Source of the DNA: a virus
Strand: one strand, 5' to 3'
Virus record (IMG/VR): IMGVR_UViG_3300002231_001563
Span: 1 to 64,000 of that record
DNA: 64,000 nt
Shown here: piece after piece, positions 15,384-25,030 of the stretch
Position numbering within the stretch: position 1 is the first letter of the stretch
How the letters are laid out: the number at the start of each line of letters is the position of its first letter
The notes under the pieces: model-generated
Databases searched by the model: none
What the model was told of the DNA's origin: nothing
What the model saw: the letters and a program-made list of their open reading frames with translations, nothing else
Translations under genes and position numbers: made by a program

Positions 15384-16715
15384 ATGGCAAGTAAGATTTA
15401 TATAATTGATACGAGCGCCTGTTTGACAGATTTTGCATGCATTAATCATTATGGGCCCCATGATATAATAATTCCAATGAAAGTATTGGAAGAGATAGAC
15501 AAGCACAAAAAGCGCCAAGATTCAGTTGGAGCAAATGCTAGAAGTATTATACGCGAGTTCGACTCCTTGAGAGAGAAGGGTAGCCTTCAGACGGGCGTCT
15601 CTCTTGGTCCCAACCGGGGCACGTTGGTAGTCGCTCATCATATCTCTGATGATCTCCCTTCGGACTTTAATAATGCAGATGCGGATCATATAATTATGAC
15701 TTCCGCTGTCACCGCTGGAAAAAGGTTTCCGGAACGTGACGTGATTTTGGTAAGCCGCGATATAAATATGAGAGTCATGGCAGATTCCATAGGCCTTAAA
15801 TCTGAAGATTACATAGAAAATAAGATTTTATCGGTGCAAAGTGAATTATACGGGGGATATTCCCAAAAGTCAATAGCTGACTCTTTAATAGACAGAGTAT
15901 ATTCGACCGGATGTCTAAACTTGCTAGAAGACAATTCACCCGGATATCCAAATGAATCTATAATGCTGATGTCAGACTTAAATGAAAAAAAGACCGCTTT
16001 ATGTCGAAAAAGAAATAATAAATATTGTCATGTGAATAATGATATAAATAAAAGGGGAGTGTGGGGCCTCAAGCCAAGAAACAAAGAGCAAGTATTTGCC
16101 CTGGATTTGTTGATGGACCCGACACTTCCACTCGTTACACTGGTTGGAAAGGCTGGGTGTGGAAAGACGCTTTTAGCCATCGCCGCCGGCATAGCTCAAA
16201 CTATAAGTGATCCATTCCGTCCAGAACTCGACGCGCCTTATAAAAAGTTGGTAATCTCCCGACCAGTGCAGCCCATGGGTAAAGATATAGGATATCTTCC
16301 CGGAACCATGGAAGAAAAGATGCACCCATGGCTTATGCCTATTCAAGATAATCTTCAATATATTCTTGGAAATGATAAAGCCACCCTAGAAGAGTATATT
16401 GATAAAGGAATTATTGAAATCGAGGCCCTCACCTATATACGGGGCCGCTCTATTTCAAATGCTTATATTATCATTGATGAGGCACAAAATTTATCTCTGC
16501 ATGAAATTAAAACAATATTGACCCGGGTGGGGGAAGGTACAAAAATTGTACTTACAGGTGATGTGGAACAAATAGATAATATATATGTAGACGAAACCTC
16601 CAATGGATTAGTTCATATAGTAGAAAATTTTAAGGAATATGACCTGGCCGGCCACATTACACTCCAAAAGGGCGAGCGCTCTCCTTTAGCCACCCTTTCT
16701 TCTAAAATATTGTAG
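15384..16715 (+). CDS. phoH: PIN-domain PhoH family protein (PhoH2/YlaK-like)
   Basis: PIN IIDTS...VLEEID...ADH...SRDINMR; Walker A GKAGCGKT; YIRGRS, IIDEAQN, VLTGDVEQID. Confidence 0.93.
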   Translation: MASKIYIIDTSACLTDFACINHYGPHDIIIPMKVLEEIDKHKKRQDSVGANARSIIREFDSLREKGSLQTGVSLGPNRGTLVVAHHISDDLPSDFNNADADHIIMTSAVTAGKRFPERDVILVSRDINMRVMADSIGLKSEDYIENKILSVQSELYGGYSQKSIADSLIDRVYSTGCLNLLEDNSPGYPNESIMLMSDLNEKKTALCRKRNNKYCHVNNDINKRGVWGLKPRNKEQVFALDLLMDPTLPLVTLVGKAGCGKTLLAIAAGIAQTISDPFRPELDAPYKKLVISRPVQPMGKDIGYLPGTMEEKMHPWLMPIQDNLQYILGNDKATLEEYIDKGIIEIEALTYIRGRSISNAYIIIDEAQNLSLHEIKTILTRVGEGTKIVLTGDVEQIDNIYVDETSNGLVHIVENFKEYDLAGHITLQKGERSPLATLSSKIL

Positions 16716-16723
16716 TTTTTTCC

Positions 16724-16752
16724 TTGACAATCAGAAGATAATGGGTTATAAT
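16724..16752 (+). promoter_or_regulatory. Sigma70 consensus promoter TTGACA-N17-TATAAT
   Basis: Perfect consensus; shares TTTTTCCTTGACAA with the 10904 promoter. Confidence 0.88.
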
Positions 16753-16776
16753 AATGGTATTGCATGGGAGAGATAT

Positions 16777-17025
16777 ATGCACACAGAAGATGAATTAAAA
16801 AATGGTATTTTAAATCGAATTGTCATAACCGACAAATCACCGCTAAAAGAGATTATCGTGGAATATGTGGGAGAAAAGCTAAGTCCGGATAACGACGAAG
16901 TTAATTTGTCAATGATTATAGATATATTAGCAGCAGAATTTCCAGATTTGATATTAGCCATTGCAGAAGAAAATTATTTGAGAGGATATGAACAGGGCCT
17001 AGGCGATGGAGAAAACTTAAAATGA
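16777..17025 (+). CDS. Hypothetical protein
   Basis: ATG 16777 with GGGAGAG RBS; ORF-track start 16741 lies inside the promoter. Confidence 0.7.
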   Translation: MHTEDELKNGILNRIVITDKSPLKEIIVEYVGEKLSPDNDEVNLSMIIDILAAEFPDLILAIAEENYLRGYEQGLGDGENLK

Positions 17026-17034
17026 TATTCAAGT

Positions 17035-17742
17035 ATGGAGATTCTAATGACTAATTATAAAGTAGGATATCTGCAAGAATCCCTGCAGAGGTCAAAATCT
17101 CAACAAAAAGAATATCATATGGTAAATAATATCCAACTTTATATTAAAGATCCTGTTTCCGAAGAAATCGATATTAAGCAAGTACTTGATTATGTAGTCT
17201 CGTCGGTTCCAGTCCACCTGATGAAGGAGGTGGATTCTATATTTATTGGAATGTTTGAGGAATTCCAAAAAAAGAGCACCAACGCTATGTATAAGGATGG
17301 TGCTATTTATGTCTCCAATGAACAAGACGATCATATGGACATGGTGGATGATATTGTTCATGAAATTGCGCATTCTCTTGAAAATCCGCATGGTTATATT
17401 TTATATGCGGACGGTAAATTGGAAGCTGAATTTATGGCAAAAAGACATAAATTATATGATATTTTGAAAGCAGAGAATTTAGATCCCGATAAATCTTTAT
17501 TTTTAAATCCCGACTATACCATAGAGTTGGATAAATATTTATATGAAGAGGTTGGATACGATAGATTAAATTTCATAGTGTCATCATATGGTTTGTTTAC
17601 ATCGGCTTATTCTGCTACAGCATTGAGGGAATATTTTGCTAATGGATTTGAATATTATTTTTTAGATAACGAATCTGAATTGAGAGAGGTCTGTCCGGAA
17701 TTATATAAAAAAATAGAGGAATTACATCATTATGAAGATTGA
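17035..17742 (+). CDS. Zinc metallopeptidase-like protein
   Basis: VHEIAHSL (HExxH) and EYFANGFEYY as third-ligand motif (anthrax-LF-like pattern). Confidence 0.7.
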   Translation: MEILMTNYKVGYLQESLQRSKSQQKEYHMVNNIQLYIKDPVSEEIDIKQVLDYVVSSVPVHLMKEVDSIFIGMFEEFQKKSTNAMYKDGAIYVSNEQDDHMDMVDDIVHEIAHSLENPHGYILYADGKLEAEFMAKRHKLYDILKAENLDPDKSLFLNPDYTIELDKYLYEEVGYDRLNFIVSSYGLFTSAYSATALREYFANGFEYYFLDNESELREVCPELYKKIEELHHYED

Positions 17743-18076
17743 TATTATTGAAGGTGAAAATAAAATAAGAGTGATAGCCACTGCTCAGTCGATCCACCGT
17801 AGAAAATATAACGTAAAGGAAAAGATAAAGACCGAAGATATTCTTCAGCACCTCTCTCAAACGGGAGTGAAGGTGGGAAAATGTATTCATAATGGGGGCC
17901 ACGCCACCAATATGACAGACGCAGAGTCACTCACAGCTGAATGGATTTTCTTAAAACCTAGGGAGATAAAAAAAACAAATTCCCCACGATCCACCTCTTC
18001 TTCTAGGAAAAAATCACAAAAATCCAAAAAAACACTTGACAAAACTACACAACGTGTTATAATAGATAAAGAATAA
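17732..18076 (+). CDS. Hypothetical basic protein
   Basis: ORF track; overlapping start. Confidence 0.6.
   Translation: MKIDIIEGENKIRVIATAQSIHRRKYNVKEKIKTEDILQHLSQTGVKVGKCIHNGGHATNMTDAESLTAEWIFLKPREIKKTNSPRSTSSSRKKSQKSKKTLDKTTQRVIIDKE
18036..18063 (+). promoter_or_regulatory. Sigma70 promoter TTGACA-N16-TATAAT with extended -10 (TG)
   Basis: Read directly; upstream of nuclease and glycan cluster. Confidence 0.8.
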
Positions 18077-18101
18077 AATATTATAGCGCCCCGAGGTGTA
18101 A

Positions 18102-18863
18102 GTGGCTCATATATCATTTTCCGAATTGAAAAATTGGAATTTTTGTCCTTTCTATCATAAACTAACTTATATTGATAAATTAAAAGGTTTTCGTGGCAAT
18201 GAATACACGGCATTTGGTACTGCTATTCATGATGTATGCGAGAAAAAACTCCTTCAAGAATCATTCGACCCGGAGGAATATTTCATTAAGAGATTTGAGG
18301 AATGTTTAGCAGAATTAGATGACGACATTGAGTTTCGGGAAGATCCTGAAAAGATGGCCATCCAGGCCATGGGGATATTGCCAGAGATAAATTCATCGGT
18401 CAAAGATTATTTTTCCGCAGGCTATGAGGTAGTCTCTACAGAAGAGGCTTTAATGGAGCCAATCGACGGCGAGGAGTATAACTTTAAGGGTTATATCGAC
18501 CTCGTAATTAAAACTCCTGATGGAAAATATCATATTATTGATTGGAAATCTTGCTCATGGGGATGGGATATGCGACGTCGATCAGACCCCATGGTTACTT
18601 ATCAGCTAACATTATATAAAAAATTCTTCGCCCAGAAACACGGGATTGATTTAAAAAATATTGAAACACACTTTGCCCTATTAAAACGAACGGCGAAAAA
18701 AGATCGTGTTGAATTTTTCAGAGTTACCAGCGGGAATAAAAAAATGGACAATGCCTTTAGTCTCTTGAAAAAGGCGTTATTTAATATAAAACAAAAGAAT
18801 TATATAAAGGACAGGCGCTCTTGTGCAAAATGTGAATTTTGTCGATCAGATCACTGTCCGTAG
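18102..18863 (+). CDS. PD-(D/E)xK nuclease, Cas4/RecB-like with Fe-S cysteines
   Basis: FCPF N-terminal Cys; GYIDLV...IIDWKS; YQLTLY; C-terminal CAKCEFC. Confidence 0.88.
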   Translation: MAHISFSELKNWNFCPFYHKLTYIDKLKGFRGNEYTAFGTAIHDVCEKKLLQESFDPEEYFIKRFEECLAELDDDIEFREDPEKMAIQAMGILPEINSSVKDYFSAGYEVVSTEEALMEPIDGEEYNFKGYIDLVIKTPDGKYHIIDWKSCSWGWDMRRRSDPMVTYQLTLYKKFFAQKHGIDLKNIETHFALLKRTAKKDRVEFFRVTSGNKKMDNAFSLLKKALFNIKQKNYIKDRRSCAKCEFCRSDHCP

Positions 18864-18871
18864 GAGAAATA

Positions 18872-20134
18872 ATGACAACAGAAAAGAAAAAGATCCTAGT
18901 TATCTCGGATCATCCTCTGGCGCCTTCGGGCGTCGGCACCCAAACTAAGTATGTAATTGAGGCGCTTCTCAGAACCGGTCGCTATAAGGTGGTATGCCTA
19001 GGCGGAGCAATGCAGCATAAGGACTATACCCCTCAGAATGTGGATGGCTGGGATGATGATTGGGTAATTTATCCAGTCAAGGGATATGGAACTCCGGAGA
19101 TGGTTCGATCAGCAATTTTTAATGAGAAGCCTGATATGTTATGGTTTATGACAGATCCCAGATTCTATGAGTGGCTGTGGTCTATTGAGAATGAGATTCG
19201 TGTCCATGTGCCGATGATTTATTATCATGTATGGGATAATTATCCCTATCCCCATTATAATAAAAAATATTATGAATCTACAGATGTAATTGCATCTATC
19301 TCTAAAGTAACACACGATATTGTTAATAATGTGGCTCCAAATGTGGAAAATCATTACGTTCCCCATGCAGTAGATACGCATATTTTTAAACCTCTTCCTC
19401 CTCAAGAGATTGAGGCTCAACGATCTCAACAATTTGGAACAGGGGATGATCGAGTAACTTTTTTCTGGAACAACAGAAACGCGCGTAGAAAACTTTCTGG
19501 ATCTCTTATTTTCTGGTTTAATGAATTTGCCGAAGAAGTAGGCCCCGAGAACGTTCGACTCATCATGCATACCGACCCTAAGGATCCTCACGGGCAAGAT
19601 TTAAACCTTATTATTAAATCTCTCAATGCGGACGATGGCCGAATTTTATTATCCACAGAAAAGGTTCCACCCGGAATCCTAGCGGCCTTATATAATATTG
19701 TAGATTGCACAATTAATATTTCTGATGCTGAAGGTTTTGGATTGGGTACCCTCGAATCACTTTCTTGTGGAACTCCAATCATCGTAAATATGACGGGAGG
19801 ACTTCAAGAACAAGTCACAAATGGGAAATATACTTTTGGAGTAGCTATTGAGCCAGCCTCTAAAGCAATCATAGGCTCCCAACAGGTTCCCTTTATTTAC
19901 GAAGATAGAGTATCTAAAGAGGACTTTATTGCTGCACTCAAAGAAATCTACAACATGACTCCAGATCATCGCCGAACACTTGGCCAACTTGGAAGAACAC
20001 ATGTTATTGAAAATTACAACTTTGAAAATTATAAAAAAGAATGGATAAAACTTATTGACAGCGTGGTAGAAAATCATGGGTCATGGGAAACGAGAAAAGG
20101 TTATCAGCCTTGGGAACTTAGGGAGATCGCGTGA
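18872..20134 (+). CDS. Glycosyltransferase, GT4 (GT-B)
   Basis: SDHPLAPSGVG, WNNRNARRK, EGFGLGTLESLSCGTPII; start 18872 with AGGAG. Confidence 0.9.
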   Translation: MTTEKKKILVISDHPLAPSGVGTQTKYVIEALLRTGRYKVVCLGGAMQHKDYTPQNVDGWDDDWVIYPVKGYGTPEMVRSAIFNEKPDMLWFMTDPRFYEWLWSIENEIRVHVPMIYYHVWDNYPYPHYNKKYYESTDVIASISKVTHDIVNNVAPNVENHYVPHAVDTHIFKPLPPQEIEAQRSQQFGTGDDRVTFFWNNRNARRKLSGSLIFWFNEFAEEVGPENVRLIMHTDPKDPHGQDLNLIIKSLNADDGRILLSTEKVPPGILAALYNIVDCTINISDAEGFGLGTLESLSCGTPIIVNMTGGLQEQVTNGKYTFGVAIEPASKAIIGSQQVPFIYEDRVSKEDFIAALKEIYNMTPDHRRTLGQLGRTHVIENYNFENYKKEWIKLIDSVVENHGSWETRKGYQPWELREIA

Positions 20135-22155
20135 AACAGAAAATTTTAGTAAAAGGGCCTGTCCTTTCTCAATCAGGATATGGCGAGCAGGCGCGCTTAG
20201 CACTCCGAGCACTTCGAAGTAGGGAGGATATTTTCGATATCTATATTATCCCCACTACGTGGGGCCAGACGGGTTGGATCAGCCTCCCAAATGAAGAACG
20301 AGGCTGGATTGACCGAAGAATTGCACAAACTCATCTCTTTTCGCAACAACAAGGTCAATTCGACATATCCCTTCAGGTTACAATCCCTAATGAATGGGAG
20401 CGCCTCGCACCCGTAAATATCGGCTATACAGCGGGCATCGAGACAACAAAGGTGGCACCAGGCTGGCTAGAAAAAGTAAATGCAATGGATCGCGTCATTG
20501 TAGTTTCCAATCACTCTAAAGAGGTATTTGAGAATAGCGCCTATCACGCCCAGCATCCTGTCACTGGTCAAATGGTCGCCCTTACCTGTACCACTCCGAT
20601 TGATGTAGTTAATTATCCAGTAAGAGTCACAGAGAAGAAGAAATTAACTTTAGATTTAAAACATGATTTTAATTATCTTGCGATTTCACAATGGGGCCCT
20701 AGAAAAAACTTCGATAACTTAATCAATTGGTTTGTGGAGGAAAATTTTGACCAAGAAGTGGGGTTGGTGCTTAAAACTTCAATTAAAAACAATTGTATTA
20801 TCGACCGCGAATACACTGAGGAAAAGCTAAAAAGTATCCTCTCCTCCCATGAAGATTGCAAATGTAAAGTTTATTTATTGCACGGAGACCTCACAGAAGA
20901 AGAGATGAATGGCCTTTATCAGCATCCTAAAATTAAGGTGCTTATTTCGACTACACATGGTGAGGGATATGGGCTACCATTATTTGAGGCTGCATATAAT
21001 GGTCTCCCTGTGGTGGTTCCCGGCTGGTCCGGCCAGCGCGATTTTCTCTATGTAAAAGACAAGAAAGGAAAGAGCAAGCCTCTTTTTGCATCAGTGGAAT
21101 ATGACTTAAAAAATATCCAGAAAGAGGCCGTTTGGCCTGGGGTACTACAAGAAGATTCTCAATGGGCATTTCCTCGGGAGGCAAGCTTCAAACGTCGCCT
21201 GCGCGAGGTGAGAACCGAATATTCTCGCTTCAAGCGAAATGCTACGCGATTAAAAAAATCATTAATTGAAAATTTTACAGAGGAGAAAATTTATAGCGAT
21301 TTTGTGACAAGCGTGGCGCCTTCGCTCACACAAGAGAACAGGACAATTCAAGAAATTCACCAACAATCACAAACAATTGAAGACATAAAAGAAAGAGTCT
21401 CATACCTCAAGAAATCCCTGGGCGCAGTCCATTCTCAATCAGAAAAAATTGAGATTCTTAAAGACTCTTTTAAGGGTAAAAAGTGTTATGTCCTGTCGTG
21501 TGGTCCTACTCTGACAGATCACGACGAGGTAAAACTTAAATCTTTACTAAAAGATAATCTTGTAATCGCAGTTAAACAAGCATATGATCTATTCGGCGAA
21601 CATGTGGATTTTCACGCCTATAATTGTGCTAATTTTAAAGAATATGATTATTCGGCAAACAGCCCTATTACAGTAGAGGCCTCAACTTCTCCTTGGCATT
21701 TGGGTCCGTGTGATTTAAAGTTTCTAATTCGCGAAAGGAATTTTAATAATTCCATCTCGCAGACTCACGATTTCGATTCGTGGACCTACGATAACCAAAT
21801 CAATACACGCCCTTATGGTCCTGGAATTATGTATGAGTCGGTATTTTATTTAGCTCATCATCTCGGGGTATCCGAAATCATAACGATTGGGTGGGATAAT
21901 AAATTAACAAATTCTGATCCATCCAAAACACATTTCTATGATAAAGAAGGATCTATTTATGATGAGGCAGACTTCATCCAACAGAACAAGGTGGCAGACA
22001 ATCCAGCTGCAGTGAATACTCTCGAACACGAGGCGAAAATTACGACCGCCGCCATCGCGAATTGGGCTAGTTGGCTTAGCAAAGAGGGGATAATTTTGAA
22101 AATTGTTTCTTCGATCAATCCAGCCCCTAAAACAATTGAAAGGGTAGAATTATAA
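20131..22155 (+). CDS. GT4 glycosyltransferase fused to a C-terminal DUF115/Maf(MptE)-like domain
   Basis: SQSGYG, WGPRKN, EGYGLPLFEAAYNGLPVV; C-terminal VLSCGPTL, VIAVKQAY, HLGVSEIITIGWD. Confidence 0.8.
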   Translation: MKQKILVKGPVLSQSGYGEQARLALRALRSREDIFDIYIIPTTWGQTGWISLPNEERGWIDRRIAQTHLFSQQQGQFDISLQVTIPNEWERLAPVNIGYTAGIETTKVAPGWLEKVNAMDRVIVVSNHSKEVFENSAYHAQHPVTGQMVALTCTTPIDVVNYPVRVTEKKKLTLDLKHDFNYLAISQWGPRKNFDNLINWFVEENFDQEVGLVLKTSIKNNCIIDREYTEEKLKSILSSHEDCKCKVYLLHGDLTEEEMNGLYQHPKIKVLISTTHGEGYGLPLFEAAYNGLPVVVPGWSGQRDFLYVKDKKGKSKPLFASVEYDLKNIQKEAVWPGVLQEDSQWAFPREASFKRRLREVRTEYSRFKRNATRLKKSLIENFTEEKIYSDFVTSVAPSLTQENRTIQEIHQQSQTIEDIKERVSYLKKSLGAVHSQSEKIEILKDSFKGKKCYVLSCGPTLTDHDEVKLKSLLKDNLVIAVKQAYDLFGEHVDFHAYNCANFKEYDYSANSPITVEASTSPWHLGPCDLKFLIRERNFNNSISQTHDFDSWTYDNQINTRPYGPGIMYESVFYLAHHLGVSEIITIGWDNKLTNSDPSKTHFYDKEGSIYDEADFIQQNKVADNPAAVNTLEHEAKITTAAIANWASWLSKEGIILKIVSSINPAPKTIERVEL

Positions 22156-23123
22156 TGAAATATTTTATCACCGGCGGCACAGGCTCTCTAGGTAAGGCTC
22201 TCATTAGAAGAATTTTGAGAAATAAAAAAAATAAAGTTATAGTTTATAGCCGCGATGAGGGAAAGCAGGCTAATATTTTTAGAAATTCTGAACGCGTTAA
22301 ATGTGTAATAGGGGACGTCCGCGATTTTCAGAAACTAGACACTACGATGCGCATTCATAAGCCGGATTTTGTAATCCACACAGCAGCCCTAAAGCGTGTT
22401 GATGACATGGAATTTCATCCTGATGAATGCATGAAGACTAATGTATATGGAAGTGAGAATATCGCCATTGCATCTTTAAATCATAATGTGAAAAAATGTA
22501 TACTTATCTCCACGGATAAGGCTTGTCAGCCCGTAAACGTATATGGTTCATCCAAATTTATAGCAGAAAGAATTTTTACAAATTATGATTATAATTCAAA
22601 TTCTACTATTTTTGCCTCCGTGAGATATGGGAATGTGATTGCTTCACGAGGATCTTTTATACCTCTCTGGATTCAACAAATAGCGGAGAAAGGAGAGATT
22701 ACGGTGACTTCTAACGAATGCAGCCGCTTCCTTTTCACGTTGGGCGATGCGGTAGATACAGTATTGAGCGCCCTAGAGAGTGCAGAGGGGGGTGAAGTTT
22801 TTATTCCAAAAATTCATTCCTTTTCTATGAATACTATTATTGACGCGGTGAAACAAATGACTGCAAAATCTGAAATTAGGGTAAGGAATATAGGCATGAG
22901 GCCAGGAGAAAAATTGCATGAAGATATGCTTTCGAGGACTGAGTTACCTTTTACGAGAGTGATTAACGGCAAGCTCCTAGCCGTCTTACCTCAATACACC
23001 AACAAAACTCACTCTCATGCCCAAAAATACATCGGAAAAGAATTTAATTCTTCCCTTCATTTAAATGATAATATATCCGACCTCGTAGTTTTGATCACTC
23101 GCGGTCTTGAAGACGCTAATTAA
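22155..23123 (+). CDS. pseB: UDP-GlcNAc 4,6-dehydratase (PseB-like)
   Basis: ITGGTGSLG, YSRDEGKQ, GDVRD, HTAALK, STDKA, YGSSK, VRYGNV, GMRPGEKLHE. Confidence 0.85.
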   Translation: MKYFITGGTGSLGKALIRRILRNKKNKVIVYSRDEGKQANIFRNSERVKCVIGDVRDFQKLDTTMRIHKPDFVIHTAALKRVDDMEFHPDECMKTNVYGSENIAIASLNHNVKKCILISTDKACQPVNVYGSSKFIAERIFTNYDYNSNSTIFASVRYGNVIASRGSFIPLWIQQIAEKGEITVTSNECSRFLFTLGDAVDTVLSALESAEGGEVFIPKIHSFSMNTIIDAVKQMTAKSEIRVRNIGMRPGEKLHEDMLSRTELPFTRVINGKLLAVLPQYTNKTHSHAQKYIGKEFNSSLHLNDNISDLVVLITRGLEDAN

Positions 23124-23135
23124 TAGAGGTTTAAT

Positions 23136-24140
23136 ATGAAAATATTCGAGACTACTATCCACCCCGAAGATATAGAAAAAATATCTAGTGTAGTTAGGGC
23201 AGGAAATATGGGGTTTGGAAAAAATGTCCAGCTGTTTGAGAATGCATTTGAATCATTTTCTAATAAAAAATATAATATAGCCACCAATAGTGCATCTGCC
23301 AGCGCCTTTATGATTTTCTCTTATTTGAGGGAAGTCTGCGGAGAATGTGATGTATATACCACTTCTTTGGGATTCACGTCTCCCGCATGGGCAGCTAAGC
23401 ATTTCGGACACAATTTGATCTTTGTAGATGTCAACGATGAATTACAATTTAGCGTAGAAGATTATAAAAAACAAAGACAAATCCGCTGTGAAAGATATAG
23501 TGATGGCGGCATTGTGCCGGTCGTAATGCCTGTCTTATATGGTGGTGTAAGTACTATTCCGGGATTTGATGAATTTTTCGAAAATAGTTTATATAGAGAA
23601 ATCATAATTGTCGATTCGGCTCACTGTGTCACTCCCACCATAAAATCACACTTTACTTTTTTCTCTTTTCATCCTTATAAGCCAATCTGTACCTCTGATG
23701 GTGGAATGATATCTACCGACAATACTCATGCAGATGAATATTTTAGGTGTTATAGGAACTTCGGTCGCACCAATGGCCAAGTTTCATATGACATAAATCA
23801 ATCTGGTTTTAAATTTTATATGAACAATTTGAATGCAACCATCGGCCTAACTCAATTAGATAGATATGAAGAAAATTTACAAATTAGAAAACATAATTAT
23901 TCCAAGCTACTAGATGAGTTCGAGGGTTGTTTGATGCCCCAGGATAAAAAATCTTCATTTTATTTCGCTACAACCTTGACAATTAACGCAAATGATGTTA
24001 TATTAAATAAAGATTTAACAAGACTATATCCCATGTTACATAAAACATCTTATTTTGATAATGGTCAAAAGCTCCCAAATTTAGAACTTATCCATCCAGC
24101 TATCTTGAATATGCCTTTATATGCGGATTTCACATTATGA
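23136..24140 (+). CDS. DegT/DnrJ/StrS PLP aminotransferase (PseC-like)
   Basis: ATNSASA, DSAH, FSFHPYK (PLP Lys), DGGM. Confidence 0.85.
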   Translation: MKIFETTIHPEDIEKISSVVRAGNMGFGKNVQLFENAFESFSNKKYNIATNSASASAFMIFSYLREVCGECDVYTTSLGFTSPAWAAKHFGHNLIFVDVNDELQFSVEDYKKQRQIRCERYSDGGIVPVVMPVLYGGVSTIPGFDEFFENSLYREIIIVDSAHCVTPTIKSHFTFFSFHPYKPICTSDGGMISTDNTHADEYFRCYRNFGRTNGQVSYDINQSGFKFYMNNLNATIGLTQLDRYEENLQIRKHNYSKLLDEFEGCLMPQDKKSSFYFATTLTINANDVILNKDLTRLYPMLHKTSYFDNGQKLPNLELIHPAILNMPLYADFTL

Positions 24141-25030
24141 AAAATTTATTATTGGTAGGTACTGCAGAGAGCACATTGAGAAGGTGGGAAGATTTAGAAA
24201 GGTTCGCTAAGGATCCCAATATTGAAATTATGTGCTATAGTAATTCTATGGAATTATTCTTAAAAAAAGGCATAGAGCCAGATTATTGGTTTTTCGTTGA
24301 TCCTACTTCTGCGCTCGATACTTTGAAATTGATTAACAATACCTATACTTCTGCTTCTAAATTAAAGACAAAGCTGCTTACCATACACCACAAAGGCGCC
24401 ACTCATATTGGTGACACCACGACTTTAAATAAATATTTTGCTGGAGATACCGTACGTCTTCCGTTAGAATATTGGCGAGAATTTTGGAAAAATTTACAGG
24501 AGGCGCGCCACAACATAGAAGAAGTTCAAGATCTAAAATATGCATCAATCAAAAGTATAAATCAAAATCCCGAAGAATTTCCAGAGCTAAAAACCCTAGG
24601 CAAAAATTCTAGGCAGCCACACTTAAGATTCAACAATAGTGAAGGCATTATAATTTTTGGAAACTCGGGATATCCCCCAGCAGCCGAGCCATTTTTAAGG
24701 AGAATTTTTTCACAAGGGCGCGCCTATCCATACATAAACAAAGAAAAATATGGTTTCATGCATATGACAGAAAATAAGATGACCATGGTGGCACTCCCTG
24801 TCTGCGCTTTTTTACAAGTAGAAAATTTATATGTGATAGGATTCGATGGAATTGGAGGCCGCTGGGATGACCCGTCTAACAATGCAGGCGTCTTTGAAGA
24901 CTCCTCTTTTCAAGAATTTTATTTAAAGGAGTGGCTGGAGTGGAGAAGGTATACTAATATGAATATTTATTCTATTGTTGAGGATAAATATACCATCCTT
25001 AATAAATTCATAGAGTATGTGCCCATATAG
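24137..25030 (+). CDS. DUF115/Maf-like putative nonulosonate transferase
   Basis: LLLVGTAES, GIEPDYWFFVDP, FLQVENLYVIGFDG. Confidence 0.55.
   Translation: MKNLLLVGTAESTLRRWEDLERFAKDPNIEIMCYSNSMELFLKKGIEPDYWFFVDPTSALDTLKLINNTYTSASKLKTKLLTIHHKGATHIGDTTTLNKYFAGDTVRLPLEYWREFWKNLQEARHNIEEVQDLKYASIKSINQNPEEFPELKTLGKNSRQPHLRFNNSEGIIIFGNSGYPPAAEPFLRRIFSQGRAYPYINKEKYGFMHMTENKMTMVALPVCAFLQVENLYVIGFDGIGGRWDDPSNNAGVFEDSSFQEFYLKEWLEWRRYTNMNIYSIVEDKYTILNKFIEYVPI

Noticed and set aside
15384-18863. Intein or intron in PhoH, ClpP or the nuclease
   Set aside because: Lengths and motif spacing are normal, with no C/S...HN splice junctions or homing-endonuclease motifs seen.
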